Below are positions 57,132 through 64,000 of a stretch of DNA of 64,000 nucleotides, piece by piece; the stretch's first letter is position 1; the number at the start of each line of letters is the position of its first letter. The notes under the pieces are model-generated. The model searched no databases, had not been told where the DNA came from, and saw only the letters and a list, made by a program, of their open reading frames with translations. Origin of the DNA: a virus (lineage: Duplodnaviria; Caudoviricetes); the IMG/VR virus record IMGVR_UViG_3300012344_000020, positions 1 to 64,000 of that record; one strand, given 5' to 3'. Both the position numbers and the translations under genes were made by a program.

Positions 57132-58085
57132 ATGAGCAAGAAGAATAAACCTACCCCGGCAAGTGAGGCTCGCCAACTCGAAAAGGCGAAGGCGCAGCCT
57201 ACTATCTATACGTTCAATTTCAAGGATGTGCCTGCCGACAAATATACGGAAGCCCTAAAGGTGCTGTTTGCCAATCCCGACTTTGCCGAAGCCGTGGAGA
57301 AGCGTAACACACTGGTGAAGTCAGCCGGTCGCATACCGCGAGGCACGTCGCAGATGACATCCATCATCAATGCCATTCAGCAGCGCGACCGCAAGTTGAC
57401 TGACATCATGTATTCCACTGTCGTACAAATCAACCTGCACTCCAACGAGGGCTGCGACTTCATATCGTTTGCCAATCTGCTGAAGTACTACGTCGACTAC
57501 TCCAAGGAGGGTATGCGTGAGAATGTGGGCAAACTGGCTGCCAACCTCGACAAGATTACATTTCTTGCCGATATGCTCGAAAGTGTGCTGGTAGACGTGA
57601 AATCGGATATGCGCACGGTGTTCGGACCCACCATTGAGTTCAACCAGTTTGATGCCGTGCAGCAGGTGTTGACACAACTCCGTGGCTTCTTCAAGTCTAC
57701 ACGCAGCGGGGATGCCGACAAGCCGGAATCGAAACTCTACTTCGACTATTCCGACTCCATCAACGAGTATCTGGAAAAACGTCTGAAGACCTACACCGAC
57801 AAATACCGCAAGCTGCACCCTATCCCCAAGGCTTACACTGCCGAGGATATGGTGAACGCCGTGCATGAGATATTCCATGTTGACCACCGCCTCGCCAAGG
57901 CTTTCATCAAGCACACTGAGTCGGGCGGAGCCTATATTGATGCCACTGCCCTTGCTTTCAATCTCAACGCCGAGCAGACGCAGATGATAGACAAGCTCAC
58001 GGGCAAGGTGGAGAAGAAGGATGCACTCAACTACTCTTTTGCTATCACGGATGCCGTGATGAAAACTTACTCTGAAACAAAATAA
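57132..58085 (+). CDS. Helical hypothetical protein
   Basis: 317 aa. Confidence 0.8.
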   Translation: MSKKNKPTPASEARQLEKAKAQPTIYTFNFKDVPADKYTEALKVLFANPDFAEAVEKRNTLVKSAGRIPRGTSQMTSIINAIQQRDRKLTDIMYSTVVQINLHSNEGCDFISFANLLKYYVDYSKEGMRENVGKLAANLDKITFLADMLESVLVDVKSDMRTVFGPTIEFNQFDAVQQVLTQLRGFFKSTRSGDADKPESKLYFDYSDSINEYLEKRLKTYTDKYRKLHPIPKAYTAEDMVNAVHEIFHVDHRLAKAFIKHTESGGAYIDATALAFNLNAEQTQMIDKLTGKVEKKDALNYSFAITDAVMKTYSETK

Positions 58086-58091
58086 ACACTT

Positions 58092-58826
58092 ATGCCAAAT
58101 ATCTACCTTCGTCTGCCTGTGAGCCGATGCCAGTATTTCCGGCACCGCGACCCGAACCATACGCTTGCCAAGAACGAACCTGTGGTTTTCAGCTCTTATA
58201 TGCCTGAATATTTCGCTATGCGCAACGCATTGAGCAATGCCGGTGCCATTACGCAGAATGTAAACCAGCAGTGTTTTTCCCATCAGCAATGGCGCAACAT
58301 GATGAACGGTAGGCATCCGCTTGGCGGCGACGTGCTTGTGAAACGCGACAACACGGAATATCTTACCTTTGCAGAGGTGCAACGGCTCAACGGCTATAAG
58401 GATTACAGCAAGAGCATCAACGAGGACTATCTTTGCATCAAATTGCCTACCGAGATTGAGGTGGTAGATACCGTGCGTGTCGTTACGCCGACATGGAACC
58501 TCGACAGAATCGGAACGTACAAGTTGATTGAGTTGCTGAACAACGATTTCAAACGGTGTATGGTGGAATGGGTGTTGTCTACCTTTGATTACTGCACTGC
58601 AAACGGCAAGATTATAGCTCGCAGCAAGTCGGCTATGATGGAGCGTTTTCTGATGCGTTACGGCATCGACCCGTCGCAGGAAGAGAAGGACAACATGCGC
58701 CGCATAGTGGAAAGATGGCTCAAGGCTGAGCATAGCTTTTTCCGTTCATATTCGTGTCTTGACATGCAGTATGTTGACGATAACGAGCGAAAGCATCATA
58801 TTGATGAAATTCAATGGATAGAGTAG
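58092..58826 (+). CDS. Hypothetical protein
   Basis: 244 aa. Confidence 0.8.
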   Translation: MPNIYLRLPVSRCQYFRHRDPNHTLAKNEPVVFSSYMPEYFAMRNALSNAGAITQNVNQQCFSHQQWRNMMNGRHPLGGDVLVKRDNTEYLTFAEVQRLNGYKDYSKSINEDYLCIKLPTEIEVVDTVRVVTPTWNLDRIGTYKLIELLNNDFKRCMVEWVLSTFDYCTANGKIIARSKSAMMERFLMRYGIDPSQEEKDNMRRIVERWLKAEHSFFRSYSCLDMQYVDDNERKHHIDEIQWIE

Positions 58827-58892
58827 AAATGCTTTATTAGTGTTAAATTGAATGTGAAACTATATTAAAAAACAAGCAAAATTATAATACCT

Positions 58893-59384
58893 ATGGATTT
58901 ACCCGATAATTGCCGAGAAATATTCCTCGAAGGCGTGACAGACGCTTATGTCTATCCGCGAAGTGGTAGTCAGATATCTGTGCCGTTCAGCATGGCGCAG
59001 ATACTCCAAATCAATAACTGCAAGTTTGCCGATGCCCTCCTTCATATTGGTACTATTGATGGGGCAGAAGTAATCGCCGAGAGTTTATCGGCAAAGTCTA
59101 CTGTCAGTAGAACTGGTTACGGTGCATCATTTTCGCTCGATATTAGTGCTACAATAACTGACGGAAAGACTAATGTGCGTGAAACGCAACGTAAAATAGC
59201 CATCGAACAGCAGGATTGCTATATTGTTCTCAAGCGAGAAGACGGACAATTCTATCTCTGCTATTCTCTACCTGGTACGTTTGCTTTTAATGCAACAACC
59301 ACATCGGCACAGACCAGTGAACAGATGTCGCTGTCTGTGTCGTGCAAGTCAATGTCTGATTTTATTCCTATAACAATACTTTAA
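58893..59384 (+). CDS. Hypothetical beta-rich protein (possibly a tail component)
   Basis: 163 aa; alternating beta pattern. Confidence 0.7.
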   Translation: MDLPDNCREIFLEGVTDAYVYPRSGSQISVPFSMAQILQINNCKFADALLHIGTIDGAEVIAESLSAKSTVSRTGYGASFSLDISATITDGKTNVRETQRKIAIEQQDCYIVLKREDGQFYLCYSLPGTFAFNATTTSAQTSEQMSLSVSCKSMSDFIPITIL

Positions 59385-59423
59385 GATTCAGTTCTATTTT
59401 CTAAGAAACTTTCATATCTACCG

Positions 59424-59454
59424 TGCCGTTGTCCGTGAGGATAGCGGCATTTTT
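59424..59454 (+). terminator. Terminator abutting the late promoter
   Basis: TGCCG..TCC-GTGA-GGA..CGGCA plus TTTTT. Confidence 0.7.
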
Positions 59455-59488
59455 GTCCTAATGCCAAGATGTTAGCCCCGTACCTTTG
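59454..59488 (+). promoter_or_regulatory. TGTCC-N22-TACCTTTG promoter of the head operon (5 of 6)
   Basis: Exact 22-nt spacing. Confidence 0.72.
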
Positions 59489-59561
59489 CAATAGACAATT
59501 TGAGGGCATTTCCCAAGGTAAGGGGATTGTTTCAGGATAACAACACAAACACAAAACTTTA

Positions 59562-61205
59562 ATGAAAGGCTTATACGAAATTCTAACTGAAAAGAAGTGG
59601 ATGGTCAGTCCTGACTTCGTGCATGGCATCCGCAAAGCCTTGGAGCAGAACCTGAACACGCACGCGGCTTTCAGCAAGCCGGAGAAAACGTGCGGTTTCG
59701 TTTTTGCCGTAGCAGCCGATGGCTCGATTTACTATCCGGAGGAATATCAGATTTCGGAGGACGGACAGCAGGCGAAGTCTAACTGGGCACTCGAATATGA
59801 GGAGGAGCAGACCTTTCCTTTCGTTTCGGTATTGACCATCGACGGACCTATCACACGCAATGGTGGCGGTTGCTCGTATGGCTCTATCGATCATCGCGAC
59901 ATGATGATGCGTGCTGCCAACCACCCACTCTGCTGCGGACACGTCTTTATCATTAACACACCGGGCGGTTCGGCATGGGCAAAGAACGACTACCAGCAGG
60001 CTATCGACTATGCCCATTCCAAGGGGCAAAAGGTCTTGGCTTTCGTTGATGGCATGTGCGCTTCGGCAGGTATGTATCTCGCGGCTCTTTGCGATGAGCG
60101 TTACTACATGCACCCGAAGAACGAGATTGGTTGCATCGGTGTGATGGCGGCTTTCTATACCGAGGCTGACGGAAGCACCAACAAGTTTACCAACGAGACG
60201 TACCACGAGCTTTACGACCCTGAGTCGTTTGACAAAAACCGTGAGTTACGCGACATTGCCAACGATGGCAAGACGGAGGCTCTGGTCAGTGAACTTGCCG
60301 AACTTGGTGTGGAGTTCCGTGCTGTCGTAAAGGCGGCTTGCCCTAATGCCACTGACGAGCATCTGCACGGCAAGGTGTTCAACGCCGAGGATGTGAAGGG
60401 TATTCTGATGGACGGACAGTCAGACTTCATGTCGGTCGTTCAGCGTGCCTTTGCCCTGCATAATGGTACGGCACAGCCTATCGAGCGCAACACGCCCGAT
60501 GATGAACCGCAGAACGAGCCGGAGCCAAGCACCGAACCCGCAAAACCGGAGGATAACTCAACCAACACAAAAACTTCTATTGATATGCAGAACTATCCAT
60601 TTATCAATGCTGCTTGCGGCATGAAGGAGGGTGAGATTACGGTCAAGGAAGAGGGCGCATTTATGAATGCACCTTTGCTTGACGCTCTCGAAGCTTCTCT
60701 TGCCGACAACAAGCAGAAGGTGGCTGATGCCGAGCAGAAAGCCACCACAGCGGAGCAGTCCCTCGCAGAGATGCAGGGCCGTCTTGACGAAATCTCCGCA
60801 CAGCTCACAGCTGCCAACAATGCCAAGGAGGACGCAGAAAAGGCTCTTGCCGACGCTAAGGAGGCACACAGTAAGGAAATCGAAAATCTCAACACTGCCC
60901 ACACCGAGGCTATTGCCAAGAAGGACGAGGAGATTGCGCAGCTCAACGAGGGCAAGCAGAATGTCGAAAAGGAATTGACTGGCTCTAAGGAGGCGCTTGC
61001 CGCTGCCGAGCAGAAGATTGCCGACAAGGACGCTCAGATTGCACAGCTCACCAATGAGCCGAGCGAGGAGCAGAACGCTGGCGAGGCTCCTGCCAACAAC
61101 GGCGAGGGCGCAAAGGTGCAGTCGCTCCGTGAGTTCGACCCGTCGGGCTACAAGACCAATACCGAGCGCAAGGCTGCCTTCGAGCGTTTCAAGCGTGGTG
61201 AGTAA
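59562..61205 (+). CDS. S49 (SppA/ClpP-like) head maturation protease fused to a coiled-coil scaffold
   Basis: INTPGG, GMCASAGMYLA, GCIGV; C-terminal coil. Confidence 0.9.
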   Translation: MKGLYEILTEKKWMVSPDFVHGIRKALEQNLNTHAAFSKPEKTCGFVFAVAADGSIYYPEEYQISEDGQQAKSNWALEYEEEQTFPFVSVLTIDGPITRNGGGCSYGSIDHRDMMMRAANHPLCCGHVFIINTPGGSAWAKNDYQQAIDYAHSKGQKVLAFVDGMCASAGMYLAALCDERYYMHPKNEIGCIGVMAAFYTEADGSTNKFTNETYHELYDPESFDKNRELRDIANDGKTEALVSELAELGVEFRAVVKAACPNATDEHLHGKVFNAEDVKGILMDGQSDFMSVVQRAFALHNGTAQPIERNTPDDEPQNEPEPSTEPAKPEDNSTNTKTSIDMQNYPFINAACGMKEGEITVKEEGAFMNAPLLDALEASLADNKQKVADAEQKATTAEQSLAEMQGRLDEISAQLTAANNAKEDAEKALADAKEAHSKEIENLNTAHTEAIAKKDEEIAQLNEGKQNVEKELTGSKEALAAAEQKIADKDAQIAQLTNEPSEEQNAGEAPANNGEGAKVQSLREFDPSGYKTNTERKAAFERFKRGE

Positions 61206-61272
61206 GGCATTCCTTCCATACTAAAAGTTCTTTTCATTCATAAGTAATAACAACACAAAAACACAAAACACA

Positions 61273-62571
61273 ATGGCAACACTTCCAAAAGATTTTATCG
61301 GCATTGACGCGCTTCAGCACGTTGCCGAGCAGGTGAGCAAGGAAATCCTTATGGGTCCTGGCTATACCGACGCAGAGGAAATGGATCGTCTTGGTATCAA
61401 CACCATCAGTGGTGTTCAGTTTAAGCGAACCTTCCATCTGTTTATCCGTAAGGGTGGTACAACCCGCCGTAAGGATGTTCACAGAGAGATTAACAGCGAG
61501 GCTGGATTCCTCAAAGAGCGTACACTTGTCGCCAAACTCTCGTGGGATAAGTTTCCTGCCAATATCGATGACTTCTGTGAGACAGTATTCGGCACGGATG
61601 CGCAGGGTCAGTTCCCGCTCTCGGCAGAGGCTACAGAGGCAATTCTGAAAGACTATGCAGACAACCTCGCTGCTTGTCTGTGGTTTGGCGACATTTCGCT
61701 GGATAATGGCGATGACAAGGTCCCTGCTCGTGACCAGGCTATGGCCCTCTACGATGGTTTCCACACTTGCATCAAGCACGACATCGAGGATGGTCTTATC
61801 AGCGAGACTAATGGCAACCTCGTTCATTGCGAGGCTATCACGGCTCCGGTTGACACCGACGACACCACTCCTTATGACAATTTCATAGATTGGCATAGAA
61901 GATGGGATGAGCGTCTGCGCAAAGTTCCTACCCGTGTATTCATGAACGAGGAAACAGCCATGAACATTGCTTCTGGTTACGCCAACAAGTTCCATGGCAA
62001 TTTCCGTGTAGAGTACAATCAGGGCGACAACTTCAAGCTGCCTGGCTTGTCTAAGGTTACTATCTGTCCTATTGCCAACTTTGGCGAAGGCGACCGTATG
62101 TACGCTACTGTTGACGACAACTTTGTTTACGGTGTAGACACTTTGAGCAATCAGCAGTATGTCAGCGTGCGCCTTGGCTCCGACAGAGACCACCGAGACC
62201 TCAGCTTCCAGATTCAATCAATCCAAGGCTGTGGTATAAGGTCTTTCCTGAAATCGAGTCTGGCTGTCAGCGACGGTTCGCTCGCTACTCCTGAGTATGT
62301 TGCTGGCGACTACGACAACACTAACCTTGTTGTGACTCTCGCAGGTACTGATGGCAATACTCCTGATGGTAAGGTCAAGGTTAATAATACGGAATATAAG
62401 AAGCCTGTTGAGACTTCAGTAAACGATATTATCTCGCTTGAAGCCACTGATGGTACTTCTTATGTATTCTCCCACTGGAGCAACGGCAAGACCGACAAGA
62501 CGATTCAGCTCACTGCCACCGGCATGAGTATGGGTCTGACTGCTTTCTTCAAGAAGAAGAACGGTCAGTAA
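61273..62571 (+). CDS. Major capsid protein with a C-terminal Ig-like extension
   Basis: Position after protease-scaffold; 432 aa; YVFSHWSNG repeat-domain tail. Confidence 0.75.
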   Translation: MATLPKDFIGIDALQHVAEQVSKEILMGPGYTDAEEMDRLGINTISGVQFKRTFHLFIRKGGTTRRKDVHREINSEAGFLKERTLVAKLSWDKFPANIDDFCETVFGTDAQGQFPLSAEATEAILKDYADNLAACLWFGDISLDNGDDKVPARDQAMALYDGFHTCIKHDIEDGLISETNGNLVHCEAITAPVDTDDTTPYDNFIDWHRRWDERLRKVPTRVFMNEETAMNIASGYANKFHGNFRVEYNQGDNFKLPGLSKVTICPIANFGEGDRMYATVDDNFVYGVDTLSNQQYVSVRLGSDRDHRDLSFQIQSIQGCGIRSFLKSSLAVSDGSLATPEYVAGDYDNTNLVVTLAGTDGNTPDGKVKVNNTEYKKPVETSVNDIISLEATDGTSYVFSHWSNGKTDKTIQLTATGMSMGLTAFFKKKNGQ

Positions 62572-62685
62572 CCAACGGCTTTATTCACAAGCTCTATAAA
62601 TTTCCACGGGTGGCGGGTAACTTGACCCGACCGAACATAGCCAACCGCCACCCTTTCTTTTAACAACGCAAAAACACAAAATATT

Positions 62686-63240
62686 ATGTCTGAAACAGTA
62701 ACATGCCCTCAGCTCGCCGACATTCTGAACGATAACGAATGTTTGGAGAACCTCGCCGGACTTGGTTCTGACGTGTATATCGGTTTGAAGAGTGAGTTGC
62801 AGGCTCCTCTCGCAGCAACCGACAACCTGTATGGCACTCCTACTTTCCAGAACGGAAAGGGTCTTTACAAGGTGCAGTGTAAGGACGACTCACAGCAAAT
62901 CCAGGGTAGCTCACTCGGCTATCGTAAGGGCTTTGAGCTTACTTGTACTTTCGTTGTAGACTCGGTTAATCCCGCAGCCGGTAAGTTGGCACGCGCCATC
63001 AACAACCGCGACATCTTTATCATTGCCAAGGATGGTAAGTACTCGCAGATTATGTACGACCCAAGCCGTAAGGTTAAGTTCGATTCAGGCGGTATCAAGA
63101 CCGACACGGGTGCGAAGCCTGAAGACGATCGCGCTACTACTTACGAGGCAAAGCTCTCGCCTGTAGACTATCCTAACCTTTACGTTACGGAGCCTACATC
63201 TGATGGTTGGGACTCTTTGCTTGCTTCTGCGGCAAAATAG
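62686..63240 (+). CDS. Probable major tail tube protein
   Basis: Beta-rich; ENLAGLG..IKTDTG..TTYEAKL; position. Confidence 0.6.
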   Translation: MSETVTCPQLADILNDNECLENLAGLGSDVYIGLKSELQAPLAATDNLYGTPTFQNGKGLYKVQCKDDSQQIQGSSLGYRKGFELTCTFVVDSVNPAAGKLARAINNRDIFIIAKDGKYSQIMYDPSRKVKFDSGGIKTDTGAKPEDDRATTYEAKLSPVDYPNLYVTEPTSDGWDSLLASAAK

Positions 63241-63371
63241 TAGGCGGCACGGATAAACAGAGCGGAGCCGATGTCGCCACCCCAACGTCTAAGTCAGAAA
63301 AGAAGAGTGTAGCGACACCTTCATCTGACGCTGACGACGAATAATCGCTCACACCAATTACCAAACATCAT

Positions 63372-63417
63372 AGCCTCGGTATCGTGCCTTTTACAGGTGC
63401 AGATACCGAGGCTTTTT
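63372..63417 (+). terminator. Intrinsic terminator
   Basis: AGCCTCGGTATC..GATACCGAGGCT plus TTTT. Confidence 0.8.
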
Positions 63418-63448
63418 CGTGTCCTAAAGCGAATCGCAGAATGGGTGA

Positions 63449-63483
63449 TGTCCTTATGTCGCAAGGCAAATTGGCTACCTTTG
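63449..63483 (+). promoter_or_regulatory. TGTCC-N22-TACCTTTG promoter of the endolysin gene (6 of 6)
   Basis: Exact 22-nt spacing. Confidence 0.72.
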
Positions 63484-63521
63484 AAGTGGAAATTAAAAGT
63501 GAAACACAATACAATTAAGAT

Positions 63522-64000
63522 ATGGCAAAACTTGAACCTTTGGCAAAGTTCATCCTCTCGTTTGAGGGAGGTTATGTGAACAGCAAGATAGACCGTGGCG
63601 GCGCAACCAATATGGGCGTTACCATCGCCACATGGCGTGCGCAGGGATATGACAAGAACGGTGATGGAGTGATAGACGTGAAAGACCTCAAACTCCTCTC
63701 CGTGGCGGACGTTATCAACATCATGCGCAAGAACTATTGGAACCGCTGGAAGGCTGACCAAATCAACGACCAGAGCATATCCAATACTTTGGTTGATTGG
63801 ACTTGGGGAAGCGGACGCAACGGTATCGTCATTCCGCAGCAGATGCTTGGTGTAACGGCAGACGGCATTGTTGGCCCGAAGACCATCAAGGCACTCAATA
63901 GCGTACCTGCAAAAACATTCTTTGAGCAGTTGCGGAAGCGCCGACTGAAGTATATCGACAATGTAATAAAGGCTGATCCACGACAGAAGACGCATAAAGC
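63522..64000 (+). CDS. Glycoside hydrolase family 108 endolysin (3' truncated)
   Basis: ILSFEGGY..DRGGATNMGVT, QQMLGVTADGIVGPKTI. Confidence 0.92.
   Translation, partial: MAKLEPLAKFILSFEGGYVNSKIDRGGATNMGVTIATWRAQGYDKNGDGVIDVKDLKLLSVADVINIMRKNYWNRWKADQINDQSISNTLVDWTWGSGRNGIVIPQQMLGVTADGIVGPKTIKALNSVPAKTFFEQLRKRRLKYIDNVIKADPRQKTHK

Larger units (their letters stand above)
1..64000. mobile_element. Tailed bacteriophage (siphovirus-like, long tape measure) of Bacteroidales, probably a phage-plasmid; right end truncated
   Basis: Terminase, tape measure, S49 protease, capsid-like, tail-like, holin and GH108 endolysin genes, plus ParA/Rep/iterons; no integrase seen. Confidence 0.9.

Noticed and set aside
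1-64000. Diversity-generating retroelement, invertase shufflon, integrase/att sites, protelomerase
   Set aside because: No reverse transcriptase, TR/VR pair, or Tyr/Ser recombinase motifs seen in the window

Overview
The window is most of a ~64+ kb tailed-phage genome from a Bacteroidales host, probably Prevotella-like (TTTG-N19-21-TAnnTTTG promoters, A/T-rich leaders without Shine-Dalgarno, Mfa/fimbrillin-like lipoprotein). It carries ParA, a small ParB-like protein, a Rep initiator and iterons, and no integrase is visible, so it is probably a phage-plasmid. Modules from left to right: early gene cassettes (0.2-7.7 kb); partition/replicon (7.7-11 kb); a repressor/cro-like switch with primase-helicase, sliding clamp and several DNA methyltransferases (12.7-34 kb); terminase (minus strand); holin to tape measure; a LysR plus Cys-rich cassette; nucleotide metabolism; head protease, capsid, tail and endolysin (truncated at the window end). 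Strongest unexplained signal: a circularly permuted C5-cytosine methyltransferase (motifs IX-X before I-VIII) with no internal target-recognition region. It is surrounded by 11 separately encoded, mostly translationally coupled 43-105 aa ORFs that each resemble one TRD unit. Seven of them contain poly-G tracts, four of which are out of frame. Other signals: dispersed 3x9-bp palindromic arms at 11 or more loci, which also bracket a GxxExxY nuclease gene; a TGTCC-N22-TAnnTTTG promoter in front of all six putative late gene islands; four ~50-nt tRNA-like minihelices among the early genes; and a structured RNA upstream of the primase. All family calls come from motif recognition by eye; no database searches were run.
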